Assembly (NCBI RefSeq): GCF_964188315.1
Contig: NC_135659.1
Location: 50,220,001-50,284,000, forward strand
Direction of reading: 5' to 3'
From: Podarcis muralis
Taxonomy: Eukaryota
DNA length: 64,000 bases
Shown here one piece after another: positions 49,722-61,824 of this stretch (positions are counted from its first letter, which is position 1; the number at the start of each line of letters is the position of its first letter). The position numbers and the translations under genes are program-made. The notes under the pieces were generated by a model that made no database searches, was not told the origin of the DNA, and was given only the letters and a program-made list of their open reading frames with translations.

Positions 49722-50006
49722 AGCATAGAATCATAAGTTGGAAGGGGCCCAAGAGTCATAAAGTTCAACCCCCTGCAATGCAGGAATCTTAACTAAAGCA
49801 TGACAGAAGACCATCCAACCTCTACTTAAAAACCTCCAATGAAGAAGAATGCACCACCTTACAGCCCTACTGTCAGAAAGTTCTTCCTGATGTTAGTCAG
49901 TATCACCTTTCTTGTAACTTGAATTCTTTGGTTTGGGTCCTAGCCTCTGGGACAGGAGAAAACAAGCTTGCTCCATCTTCCACGTGGCAGTCCTTTAGAT
50001 AACTGA
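49722..50006 (-). mobile_element. CR1 LINE 3' fragment
   Basis: catagaatcataagttggaagggg...cccctgcaatgcaggaatc; homologous to the other two CR1 pieces. Confidence 0.78.
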
Positions 50007-50132
50007 AGAAGTTTGAAGAGTTTCCCAGTTCAGACAAAATGGGAAATGGGATGTTGACTGTGGATTTCTTGTTATGTGCTCATGGAAAAGCCATGATACC
50101 GTTCAAACATGCTTATTGTGAAAGATTTATAG

Positions 50133-50370
50133 CAGGGGTCAGCAAACTTTTTCAGCAGGGGGCCAGTCCACTGTCCCTCAAACTTTGTGGGGAGCCAGAC
50201 TATATTTTTTGGGGGGGGATGAATTCCTATGCCCCACGAATAACCCATTTTAAATAAAAGCACACATTCTACTCATGTAAAAATATGCTGATTCCTGGAC
50301 CGTCCGCGGGCCGGATTTAGAAGGCGATTGGGCCGGATCCAGCCCCCGGGCCTTAGTTTGCCTACCTGTG
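50133..50370. mobile_element. hAT MITE family A, shorter variant
   Basis: Same TIRs as 31268-31590; perfect TSD ATTTATAG. Confidence 0.9.
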
Positions 50371-50774
50371 ATTTATAGTGTCCAGAGGGAGACCTGAGTG
50401 AAATACTAATAAGCTGGAGGGGAAATTAATACTTCATCAACTTTTTCTAGTTCCCAGCAGAAACTATAGAGGTTGATGGAGCTCAGTTTCTAGTTTTATT
50501 GGTTTGAATTGAGCATGGAGGGTGGAAATCAACAGGAGCCATTGAACTACAGTAGTTCAGAATGGATCTATGTCAAGTTGTATATCCTTCAATTAGCTCT
50601 TGGAAAGATACTGCGTTGCTGTCCAAGCTGTTGGGGGCTGGCCTAGTCCTGTCTTTGCTGTGTTGTCTTTGCTCTGGGAAGGGCTGACAGTGGATGTGTG
50701 TTGTTCATCTTGTCTTAGATCCTGGCCATGAGGTTTGATGCCTCGCTTTATTGAAGGAGAGACACTGGACCTAA

Positions 50775-50834
50775 ATGGCGCAGCATGACTTTGTTCCTGC
50801 CTGGCTTAACTTCTCTACACCACAGTCTGCTAAG
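50775..50834 (+). CDS. GPBP1L1: GPBP1L1 coding exon 1 (MAQHDFVPAWLNFSTPQSAK)
   Basis: Diagnostic vasculin-family N-terminus; acceptor AG at 50717-50718; donor GTAAAT at 50835. Not in the ORF track. The 10 exons total 1413 nt = 470 aa + stop. Confidence 0.95.
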
Positions 50835-51550
50835 GTAAATGACTGAATCTTGGATCAAACTCTTCAATAACATTTAGACAAGTTATGGCCAGGTTGCCTA
50901 TTTGATTATGAAATGCATACATGGCTTTGTAAAACAGTTCAGTTATATTGGCCATATTGAGCCCGCATTAAAAGTGCATCAACAATAAAATGGTAGGACA
51001 TCGCTACCAGAATTGATAGCCCATTTGTCAAACTAATGCTTGCATTAACAAAACTAACATACAAATTGCATTTTTGGACAATTTGTCACTAATGATGTGT
51101 CGTCATGACATGGAAAAAGCTGCAAAACTTAAATGTAACCAGTGCCCTCTTCAAACTGTTTTTTGCTTCATTGGGAAGGGTTGGTTTAAACTCTTGCGCT
51201 TTGTATGGCTGCAATGTAGCCTATTCTAGTTACATTAATTGATCCATGCACTTTTGCCTCTGGCCCCACCCACCACTGGCATGCATCCCCTGGAAGGTTC
51301 CCAGGGAATGTAGACCTCAGGTTGAAAAAGGTTCTCTACCCCTGGTTTGGAACAGCCAGTCTCTCAAGGTCATGCACAGAGAAAATACAAACATTTACCA
51401 TTACAGTAACACACAAAATTGTTAATTAATATGTGGGCAAAGTATGGGACAAAGTGGATGTTCTGGGAACAACAAATGCTACAATATGACTGAAGCTAAG
51501 CTGGTGTTGTCCTGGAAGCCAGAATACTGGGAGCCTCTTGTAAGAGTATA

Positions 51551-51804
51551 CAGTCATACCTCAGGTTGAAGACGCTTCGAGTTGAGCGTGTTCGAGTTGC
51601 GGTCCTCGGCAACCCGGAAGTAACGGAGCGCATTACTTCCGGGTTTCGCCGCTTGAGCACGCGCAGACGCTCAAAATGACATCACGTGCATGCGCAGAAG
51701 TGGCGAAAAGCGTCATGCGCAGACGCGCTGTCGCTAGTTACGTTCACTTCTAGATACGAACGAGGCTCCGGAACGGATCCCGTTCGTATCTAGAGGTACC
51801 ACTG
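51551..51804. mobile_element. Tc1/mariner MITE
   Basis: ta|CAGTCATACCTC...GAGGTACCACTG|ta; paralogue of 16718-16948. Confidence 0.85.
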
Positions 51805-52392
51805 TATATATAATTTGGATAGGGTTGTATTTACCATTAAGATTCAAATGTGCAGCATGGGGGTGTGGCATTGCTCATGTGTGCCCAGTAGCAGCTATAG
51901 CCAGAAGTGCTTTTTGCTAGTTTTGATAGGTGCACCAGCAGTTCCCGTTCCTGGTTAGGACAGACCTGGTAGCAATAATTAACGACAATATCCAGATTGG
52001 ATTATCATAATGCATAGAACTATTATAATGCACTCAATGTGCACTTTCAGTGGCTTCTTATAAATGAAGAATCTAAATGCCATTTTCCAATATGGGTCCT
52101 AAACTGTTTGACAGTTGATCAGTCTGTTACCCTGAAATAATAGCAAGACAACTTGCTGTCACAGTGTATTTAAAAGGAATCAAGGAAGGAACAGATTCTA
52201 CACAATTGCAAACGTGTGGCTGAAGCTGGTACATATATACTAAATATAGCTTTGTTGGTTGGTTCTGGTGGTCACTGGAATATCACTTTTGAACAAAGTA
52301 GGAAACAATCTGTTGATAAACTCCTGAAAACTCATGCGGAGCTCATAATTCCAGAGCCTTTGCATGTTTTGATTATTTTTTCCCCTTAATAG

Positions 52393-52522
52393 GCCCCTGG
52401 AACCACTCTTGAGAAGCACGGAGAGCATCTTCCTCGGGGAGAGGGCCGCTTTGGAGTAAGCCGGAGACGCCACAACTCTTCTGATGGCTTTTTTAATAAT
52501 GGTCCCCTCAGAACTGCAGGAG
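52393..52522 (+). CDS. GPBP1L1: GPBP1L1 coding exon 2
   Basis: APGTTLEKHGEHLPRGEGRFGVSRRRHNSSDGFFNNGPLRTAG; AG at 52391-52392, GT at 52523; 130 nt. Confidence 0.94.
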
Positions 52523-52930
52523 GTATATAAAAAGGCTCATACTAGAACTTGTACACACTGGTCTTCGGTTTTATTACTCAGTTAGATGCTGCAAACATTT
52601 AAATGCTTGAAAAACCTGATTGTCTGAGATAAAAGTGTGGAGGTTTTCAACTTACCCAGGGCTTTGTAACAATTGTTTCCTATGAGAGAGTAAACTGTGA
52701 GCACCCCACCTTATAAAAAGTAGGTGGTATTCTGATTTTTCATGATGTGCTAGGAGTCTGTTGGCATACTTAAGCAAACGTCAAGAAGACAGCTGTGATA
52801 GAAGACTATAATGTCATTGCTTGTAACGGAGAATGGTTAGGGTATATTGTTCACTTGGGCTTCACAATAAAGGCTGTAATCCCAAGATCTGGTTGGAGTA
52901 GTAAAGGTGATATTCTGAACTGACATAGAG

Positions 52931-53378
52931 CAGGGATGGGGGACTTTTCCCCCAGGTGGGCCAAATCTGTTTCTGCCCTACACTTTGCAGGCCAAATTTG
53001 GGCAGGGTCTCCCACCTGTCAATCACCCAATATCACAATGAGGTGATGTGCCTCTATAAAAGAGCACTCCCAGTATGCCTTCAAAGAGGTTTGCTCTAGG
53101 ATTGCTATGGTGTTTGCACTGACTGCCCTGCTAAAGTGAAGAATTTTCCCTCCTTTTGAGCATTTGTTTCCATAAAAATCAACTGATGGATGGTTAGAGT
53201 GTGCCCTGCTTCAGCAAGGGAACAATGATGAACTTGCTTCTAATTGTTCCGTTGAAGCCACTTCAATAGCTGCATATGGCATTGGGGGGAGGGAAATAGA
53301 TAGGTGTGATTTGCCAGAAGTAGCTGGGCTGCATTGTAGGTCCAAATTGGCTCCCGCACCAGAGGTTCCCAACCCCTG
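52931..53378. mobile_element. Older hAT-type non-autonomous element
   Basis: Imperfect TIRs cagggatgggg / cccaacccctg; flanks ACATAGAG / ACAAAGTG match at 6 of 8. Confidence 0.45.
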
Positions 53379-53485
53379 ACAAAGTGCATTGTTGCTGCAC
53401 GCTGGCTTCATTAGAGATCTGTACTATGGCAGATATTTTAGGTACTGACTATTTTTATTCATACAAAAATCTTCCTCTCATGCAG

Positions 53486-53766
53486 ACTGCTGGCATCAGC
53501 CTTCCCTGCACCGTCATGATTCTGTGGACTCTGGTGCTTCTAAAGGAGTTCATGTTGGGCTAGCTGGCAATCAGCCTGGCTGGTATGGTTCTTCACGAGG
53601 CCATGATGGCATGAATCAAAGAGGAGGAGGAGGAACTGGATCCCATCGCCACTGGAATGGCAATTTCCACTCCCGAAAGGGTTCAGCCTTTCAGGAAAAG
53701 CCACCTGCTGAGACGAGGGAGGAAAAGGAAGAAAAGGAGAAACTGCAATTTGAGGAGGAAGACTTT
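53486..53766 (+). CDS. GPBP1L1: GPBP1L1 coding exon 3
   Basis: CWHQPSLHRHDSVDSG...EKLQFEEEDF; AG at 53484-53485, GTAAGT at 53767; 281 nt. Confidence 0.94.
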
Positions 53767-54357
53767 GTAAGTGTACAGTACTGTGTTTTCAACAAGGTTT
53801 CCTGCTGATTTTTCACAAGCACTGATTCCTTCTATGTTTTCATGCGTCTCTGTGTTTCCCCAAACTGCATAATGTGTGAATGCTCTGCCCCCAGAGAGGT
53901 ATCCAGAACATGTTCATAGGAAAACTCCTTTCTTTGGATATAGATGGGAAGTTCCTACCACGTGCCAGTTGGGCAACCAGTATCATTTTAGTTTCTTCCT
54001 CCTTCCAACTCACAGCTTTCCCTAAGGCTAGATGCTGATCAGACATACTGATCATGCCATGTTTAGACTATATAAAAAAATTAAATCTTTTCATGCAGTA
54101 CATCTGCTTCACTTAAACCTATTTGTATCTTCAACCTAGTTCTTTAATAAACTTGCTATTTGCTCACACTGGTTTGCAGAGTAATTAAGTACAACAGCAA
54201 AGGAACATTGTCAAGATGTTGGTATATAAATTGTGAGAGAATAATGTTGAATTTAAATACAATTATTAAGTTTTTTAGTCCTCCTAAGTAACTTGAAAAT
54301 GGAGCTAATAAAATTTTGTATCATAGTAAGACATATGTTTTTCTTTTTGTTTTCTAG

Positions 54358-54430
54358 CCATCATTGAATCCAGAAGCTGGAAAACACAACAGCCAGAGTA
54401 AACCAGTTGGGACTCCATCTGGTGTTTGGG
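54358..54430 (+). CDS. GPBP1L1: GPBP1L1 coding exon 4
   Basis: PSLNPEAGKHNSQSKPVGTPSGVW; AG at 54356-54357, GT at 54431; 73 nt. Confidence 0.92.
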
Positions 54431-55541
54431 GTAGGTATTGAGGCATCATCGAACAGCCATCTTCTTAGTAAAAGATATAAATTGTCTTTCCATTTTCAAT
54501 CCCAAGAATTCTGAAGCAGATTGAGCTGAATCTTAGTATTTTCAAAGATGCCTTGGATATTTAGTGGTAGAGTTGTAGAGTCCTTGGGTCTCACCAAGAA
54601 ATGTCTATGTTCTCTTCTCTTCTCCCCCCACCCCCATCATATTTGACATTCAGCATCCTAGACATTTAAATTCTGCCCATTCAGTATTTAGAGCACTTCT
54701 CCAGTTCTTTCCAGCAATGTGGAAAGTGCTGTGTTTCCATCCCTCATCCAAACCACCAGACACATGGCACAAGCAAGAGAGTGATGCTTGAGCCCTGAGC
54801 CTTAAGAAGCCACATAGTAAAGGAAGGACTTGATTCAATGAGTTATGGATCCTTTTAAATGCCCAAAGCAGCCCATGTCATCTACTAACCATTAATCACA
54901 CATCTACTGTACCAATGTTCAGCCATGTAACATCCAAAGTAGTCTTTAAGATTGTTAGGCCCTATGCATACCACTGGTTACAGACATATAGCCAGAATGG
55001 AACATACTAATTGAAAGTCAAGACATTTTGTGAGAGGCCCAAGCTAAGCATAGCTACTTGCATCTTAGTGCTCATCTAAACTATATTGGGCATAAAGATG
55101 AGCTTGTAACAATATGCACAACTGATAATTCCTACTGGGTCAGGTTTGTTCCCTCCAAAGACTCTCATGGAAGAATAGTGAATATAACGTGTTTCATCAG
55201 ATTGCAATTATATAAAGCACTGTCCTTTAGAATTGGGCTTTATTTGAACTGAATATCCATCTTGGTTGAAAACCTAAAATAAATCTATTTGTTAACTACA
55301 TTTCCAGGCTAGTCCTTCTCAGATCCTGTCCTATATAATGAGCTGTCACCAAATATTTCCTGTTTGAGCAGGTGCTAAAATAACTGGGCTGAGAAAAGAG
55401 TGAACTTTTGTAACTCTTGAGGACTATGTTTCTGCCTTCCTGTAACAAGTAGCATCTATAAAACCATCCATTCCCATTTGAACTAGGGATGAACTGCATT
55501 TTTAATGAAAATTTGGTGTGTTTCTCTTCCCCTTTTACTAG

Positions 55542-55735
55542 AAAACCCTCCTAGTGCCAAGCAACCTACCAAGATGCTGGTCATCAAAAAGGTTTCAAAA
55601 GAAGATCCTGCTGCTGCCTTCTCAGCTGCATTTACGTCACCAGGGCCTCAGCTTTCAAATGGCAACAAGGCAACTACCATTGTCCCAAGTGTCTACAAAA
55701 ATCTGGTTCCCAAACCTGCAACACCCCCTTCCAAG
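55542..55735 (+). CDS. GPBP1L1: GPBP1L1 coding exon 5
   Basis: NPPSAKQPTKMLVIKK...SVYKNLVPKPATPPSK; AG at 55540-55541, GT at 55736; 194 nt. Confidence 0.94.
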
Positions 55736-56607
55736 GTATGCATAGGTTCACTCAGATAAAAGGTAAAGGTACGACTGCAGGGGAAGTTTTAACATTCTTT
55801 TGACTAATCTAAAGGAAATATTAAATTGTGCTGTACTAAACCTATACAATACAATTAGAATGTAAATGGAAATAAGGGGTTCATGTTGAAGGTTAAAAAA
55901 CTGGTTATCTTGAGTTGGTGTTCTATATGCACTTCCCTCCTTTTCTCTTTTCTTCCCGCTCCCCAATGTGAGGGTGTGCCCTCTCTCCTTTGCTGAGAAG
56001 GGCTGCATTATGACAACCAGTAGACACAGGAACATTTGGTATTAAGCTCTCAACAATCTCTATTTACTTGTGACTTAGGGACACGTGCCAGGTTCCCTCG
56101 TTACTCCAGTTCTGCATGGTTTCTCCCCAGCTGTTCCTGGCTTCTACTTTTGCATTCCCTGTCTTCAACTCTTAGTGCTTCGTCTCCAGTTTAAATGTTT
56201 TACACAGGGTGTTACCTTATAATCACCATGCACAACATGTGTCTTGTAAGATAAATGCAGCCCCCTCTATTTACACACATTCAGGGGAATTCTAATTGCC
56301 CACTGTTGCACCTTCTCACCTCTTTGTAGGAATAAGCAAGGCCTGCCAAAGCCCGTCACAAGTAGAAATGGGGATGGGAAACTTTCTACATTACTCCGAC
56401 CGCTTTCCTTTCCTTTCCTTTTCCTGGATCCATGATGGGGCTGGGGCCAGTTTTTTCAGCCTGCCGACAAAAATATAAATAGTAATCAAGGTGACTGTCT
56501 AGTTTTAAGCAAGATAAAAAATTAAGTTACTAGATTAATTATTGATGTTGCTTTTATGCAGTTTCTTGCTCCCTAATGTTACTGTATTTGTTCTCTTCTC
56601 ATTGTAG

Positions 56608-56748
56608 CCAAGCCAATGGAAAGCTAACAGAAGTGAACATAAACCAGGCTCGCTCTCCTCCAGCCGTGATTCTGCTTTTACAAGTCCAGTGTCTGTAACC
56701 AAACCTGCTGTACTGACCAGTGGCTCTGTTCTCACCTCTTCCAAAGAG
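56608..56748 (+). CDS. GPBP1L1: GPBP1L1 coding exon 6
   Basis: PSQWKANRSEHKPGSLSSSRDSAFTSPVSVTKP...SSKE; AG at 56606-56607, GTAAG at 56749; 141 nt. Confidence 0.92.
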
Positions 56749-56924
56749 GTAAGCTTAAAAGGTTGAATTAAAAAACTGGATTTGAAAGTATTTGAACATC
56801 AGTGAACATACACTTATGATCACCCAGCTTAAATGACACAAATAGAAATGAGGTAGGGAGGACAGGATCCCTCTGGTAAAAAGTAAACTCTGGAAGATTT
56901 GCAGCACTTTTATTCTCTCTACAG

Positions 56925-57083
56925 AGTCCTTCCAGCATCACCCCTCCCATTGAAATAAACTCCTCTCGCTTGACAAAGCTGATGCGCCGCACCACAGATA
57001 AGAAGAGTGAGTTCTTGAAGGCCTTGAAGGATGACCGGAATGGGGAGTTGCCAGAGCGCCATGAGAGCAACAAATTGGAGGAT
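56925..57083 (+). CDS. GPBP1L1: GPBP1L1 coding exon 7
   Basis: SPSSITPPIEINSSRLTKLMRRTTDKKSEFLKALKDDRNG...KLED; AG at 56923-56924, GTAAG at 57084; 159 nt. Confidence 0.93.
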
Positions 57084-58154
57084 GTAAGGGTGCAGCTCCA
57101 GTTTTTCTTTCTAGAGTATTAAAACGATAGGGATTTTTGAATGTGAAATGAAATGCTGTGTTAAAGGTATGGCAGAGCTGGTATTTTCCAACTATTCTAA
57201 GTGCTTGACTTGTCTGGTAATCACCTACTTTTTATGGGAATTTGAATTTTGGTTCTGTTCTTTGACTTGTGCAGATAGGTGGTAAATGATAGTTCAAGGA
57301 GTGAGTTTTCGCATAAACAAAATATGTGTCCTCTTCATGCACAGTATGTCCATTTAGTGAATAACCTCTGCAGAAATTCATTTTTAATCTATATATACTA
57401 GTTTTTTCAACAAATAAAGCTGTATTTAATTTTTAGAAATGTAAAGTGCATAACACAAAACTGTAAAGACATTTGCATTCCCCCACTCCCCAAATAATTG
57501 TGCTGGACTAGCACATTAAGGTAACTGAAAGCTTTTAAAGTCTTTTTACTTTTGGGAAATAAAGGGTGATAGAGTACTGGCTACTGACCTTGGAAGCAAA
57601 AGACCTTATTGATTACAATAAGGTTATAACTAAGCATTTTGTCAGATGTCTGTGGGACCAGATCCAATGTGTGCAGAATACGTGGTTAAGTTATTTGTTG
57701 GGAACCCATTCACAATCCTGATTGTAGGATTCATTAAGGCTCGAAAATTGCACACATTGCACCCTGTTGCACATGTGTTTTTACTTTGGATTGTGTTCTT
57801 CTTAGTAGGACTTGCTTAACATTCTAGAAACTACAGCTTCTAGATAGAGCAATCTTGAAAAAAAGAATACTTTTACAATGTAATTTGTCAGTATTAATTA
57901 TGGTAAGGAAGGCTGAGTATATATTGATTATTTTTCCAAAAGTAAACTCCTTACAGAGCAATTTGTGCATGTTTTGAAGTCTTGCTGGGCTTATTCCATA
58001 GCAAGTGTGGTTTTGATTGGATAGATAGCAGTACAAGAGTGGTTGTTTGATGCTATGATCTAAAGGCCTAGGTAGGCCTTGCATGATATACAAGGCCTAC
58101 CTAGCTCAGCAGCCTTCACCAGGCAATTTGACTTATTTTTTTCTCCCTTGCCAG

Positions 58155-58276
58155 ATGGAGGATGGCAGCACACCAGAACCAAAGGAAAACTGGGAAGAGA
58201 ATTGTCACCAGAATGGTCTTTCTCTGCCTTTAGAAGAAGGGGAGAACCTTTCTCACTCATTAGAAGCAGAACACAG
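58155..58276 (+). CDS. GPBP1L1: GPBP1L1 coding exon 8
   Basis: MEDGSTPEPKENWEENCHQNGLSLP...LSHSLEAEH; AG at 58153-58154, GTGAG at 58277; 122 nt. Confidence 0.93.
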
Positions 58277-59131
58277 GTGAGAGGGAAGACAGGCTGCTAA
58301 GGAAAATCTTTTTCTACCAGCATTGTAGATAAATTAGTGGAATAAGAGTCAGAAGTAAAAGTAGAACCTGAAACTTCTTAAAGTTCTATCACCAACCACA
58401 AGTTATTGTCAGTTTTTGCTTCTATTGTTTGATCATGCTGTTCTTGCAGCGTATTGTGCCATTTTGCTGTCCTGCAGTGGGTGCTCATATAGTGGGAGGG
58501 TCTTTGCACAGAGGCATATTATTTCAAAGGTGATGGCAAGGGCAACTCCCTAACAGCTATCTATCACACATAAGACCAGACTATTTTTCTGTCAATTCAC
58601 CCCTCAGATTTTGACATGTTGACAAGAACCTAATACATGCATGTCAGCATGCATACACAAAAAAACTATTCCTCAAGAATAGTTGCTTTCTTACTAATGA
58701 ATAAAGAATACAAGAGGTGTATTCTACTCAGTTATAACCTGAGAGGGAGAAGGGGGCAACCCCATCCACTTGGCTTCTAGCTCCAGCCATCACTGGTCCA
58801 GTTCTTTCTCACATTAACCCTCAGGGAGTGGGCCTGTCACAAAAAAGCTCCCCATTCCTGCCTTATTCCTTTTTCATTCCCCAGTCCCTCATAACCACAT
58901 CATTTACTTTCATTACCTAGGTCCTTCTTCATAAAGTCACCCCATGTTCCTTTGCAGCTGAAGAATGCTTGTTAAATAGAAGTTAACTAGGCTATTCATG
59001 TAAAAATCAGTGGTGGGTATCTATAGAAAACGTGTCAATTTTGTATGCATTGTGATGTGGGGGTGGGTCTTTCTTCCATTGTTAATCCAACCTCTCTTTC
59101 TCAACCCACCCCATCTCCTTTAAATTGCTAG

Positions 59132-59234
59132 GCTATTGAAAGCAATGGGGTGGCAAGAGTACCCTGAAAATGATGAGAATTGCCTTCCCCTCACAGAGGA
59201 TGAGCTCAAAGAGTTCCAAATAAAGTCAGAGCAG
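59132..59234 (+). CDS. GPBP1L1: GPBP1L1 coding exon 9
   Basis: LLKAMGWQEYPENDENCLPLTEDELKEFQIKSEQ; AG at 59130-59131, GT at 59235; 103 nt. Confidence 0.94.
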
Positions 59235-59451
59235 GTATGTTTAGCTTTTGTGCTTATTATTATCAGTCTTTTAGCATTGGTTGTTTCCCAGTTTTATGAC
59301 TGCAAAAGCATCTACTCAGTTATTTTTTTGCATGTTGACAAGCCTATATAGACTTTGTTTTATCTGTACATAGTATTAGAATGTACTCTGCTTTGAGATC
59401 TGACTGGAAAAGGGAAACAAATATGAATTCATTTTCCTTTCTTTCCTGCAG

Positions 59452-59601
59452 CTAAGAAGAAACGGCTTTAGGAAGAATGGATTTCTTCAAGGCCGTGGCA
59501 ACAGTCAACTATTCTCCCACTGGAGAAGCACTTTTAAGACAGAGTTTGAGGAGTCGGATACAGAAACAAGTAGCAGTGAAACTTCAGACGATGATGCCTG
59601 A
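59452..59601 (+). CDS. GPBP1L1: GPBP1L1 last coding exon
   Basis: LRRNGFRKNGFLQG...DTETSSSETSDDDA*; AG at 59450-59451; TGA at 59599-59601. Confidence 0.92.
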   Translation, partial: LRRNGFRKNGFLQGRGNSQLFSHWRSTFKTEFEESDTETSSSETSDDDA

Positions 59602-60330
59602 AAATAGGCACAAAAAACCCACAGTACAAAACAACCCAGCAAACTCAGTTTGTAGTTCAGCACATAAATGTTTGGGGTTCAAATGAAGCAGAGTTTATTC
59701 TGTCTCAAGTCTGTTCAGTTTCTTTTTATTGTTGAAAACTTCATGCACAAGGGAAAGAATTATATCCCAAAGAAGAAAGCTATTGGCTTATTTTTGGTTT
59801 TGCCCTTCTATGCTTCATAGAGAACAGTCCATGCAGATGGGTGACTCATGGCCTTCTGGTGCAAGGTATAGTTTCAGTCTCATCAGCAGCAGGATGTAAG
59901 GGACTGAATTGGGCAGCCACATGCTTCTCATACTGCCGTCCACATAGCAAAATGCTGTGCGGCAATAATGTGCTAAAACAATCATTGTCAATGACAAAAT
60001 GGCTATGGAAGTTCTAATTGTGTTAAATTAATGCTAATAACATGGAACTTTTTTATTTTGTTTTTTGGCGGCTCGGGGAGCTTCATCACTTAACCAGGCG
60101 TGTTTGGTTTTTTTTCTTTTTTGGGGGTACAGCTGTAAAATATTTGGATATAGGAATTGTTTGTGTTCTTGCAACCTTGATATTCAGGGTGGATTGTAAA
60201 ATATAAATTTTTGTGGGACTTCAAAGATTAAGATTATTTTGATAACATTATTTACAGATTTAAAAAAGTGACTATCACATTGAGTCTGTATGAGGGGGAA
60301 AACTACTGCAACAAAAGATAACTAACTTGG

Positions 60331-60336
60331 AATAAA
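60331..60336 (+). terminator. GPBP1L1: Probable GPBP1L1 polyadenylation signal AATAAA
   Basis: At the end of a repeat-free, U-rich 3' UTR about 730 nt after the stop, followed by T-rich sequence. Confidence 0.55.
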
Positions 60337-60514
60337 TATTTTGCATCAGTTTGCCAATTCTGTGTCTCATTTCTCATGAAATAATATAGAAGTAAGGCAA
60401 CTTGGCTATCCTTATTTTGTGTTATTGTGGCCTTCATATAACAGAACCTGCTTTAAAGAAAACTATTGAGTAACTTGAATAAATCCTGATTTGGTTTTTA
60501 AGCAAGGGGTCCAT

Positions 60515-60760
60515 GCTCCTGCCAACCTAGCAGTTCGAAAGTACGTCAAAGTGCAAGTAGGTAAACAGGTACCGCTCTGGCGGGAAGGTAAACGGTGTTT
60601 CCGTGCGCTGCTCTGGTTCGCCAAAAGCGGCTTAGTCATGCTGGCCACATGACCCGGAAGCTGTACGCAGGCTCCCTCGGCCAATAAAGCAAGATGAGCG
60701 CCGCAACCCCAGAGTCGACCACGACTGGACCTAATGGTCAGGGGTCCCTTTACCTTTACC
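60515..60760 (+). mobile_element. Sauria SINE, 5'-truncated
   Basis: gctcctgccaacctagcagttcg...ggggtccctttacctttacc. Confidence 0.87.
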
Positions 60761-61492
60761 AGTTGAATAGTTGTGCTTCTCTTTCTCTCTGTGCAGAGCA
60801 ATTTTACATTACAATGCAGATTATCAGAACTGAACATAAATTAACATCTGAGTGTAAAGTGAGGGAGAGAGGCTAAGTTGAAATGCTAATGTTTATACAC
60901 TGAAGAAAATATAGAGACTTCAAATACTTTAATTTGATACTCATTGTCAGTCTCAACCTAGACTAACTCACATAGTTGTTCTGAGGATAAAACAGGGGGC
61001 GGGGAACCAAGCATACACACACATAATTTATTTAATTTGTATACCGCCCTATACCTGCAGGTCTTGGGGTGGTTACAATATAAAATCACAAAATACAAAG
61101 CAACCCAATAACCCCCCCCCCCCCAATATGCTATATTGAGTTCCTTGGGGGAAAGTGGGAAATAAATATAATAATCCACAGGCTCTAGAAACAGCTTCAA
61201 TTCATAAAATTCAAAGACACAATTATTGCACCCAAAGAACTTAGTTCCTTATGCTCAGCAGTTCCTTGGGCTTGAAGCTTCCTGAAAAACATTCTCATAG
61301 CTACATGGCAGATCACTTCTAAAAGCAATGCATTATACAGCATGGGAACCTGCTATTCAACAACAAAACCTCACTAGGAATGTGCAATCTTAAGAGGGCC
61401 TTTGCATCAGACTCAACATGAACAACCAAAATATTTAATTTGCAGAAATAGCAGGAATATATCATGAATCAACATACTACGGGCAACTTATA

Positions 61493-61824
61493 CAGTGGTG
61501 CCTCGCAAGACGAAAAGAATCCGTTCCGCAATTCTCTTCGTCTAGCGGTTTTTTCGTCCTGCGAAGCAACCCTATTAGCGGCTAAGCAGATTAGCGCTAT
61601 TAGCGATTTAGCGGCTAAGCTGTTAAAAGGCTATTAACTGCTTAGCGGCTTTGAAAAAGGGGGGGGAGCGGGGGGGGGGGAAATGGCGAGACTCGCAAGA
61701 CGTTTTCGTCTTGCAAAGCAAGCCCATAGGGAAATTTGTCTTGCAAAGCGCCTCCGAAACGGAAAACCCTTTCGTCTAGCGGGTTTTTCGTCTTGCGAGG
61801 CATTCGTCTTGCGGGGCACCACTG
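61493..61824. mobile_element. Tc1/mariner MITE with long TIRs
   Basis: ta|CAGTGGTGCCTCGCAAGACGAA...TTCGTCTTGCGGGGCACCACTG|ta; internal TAGCG repeats. Confidence 0.85.
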
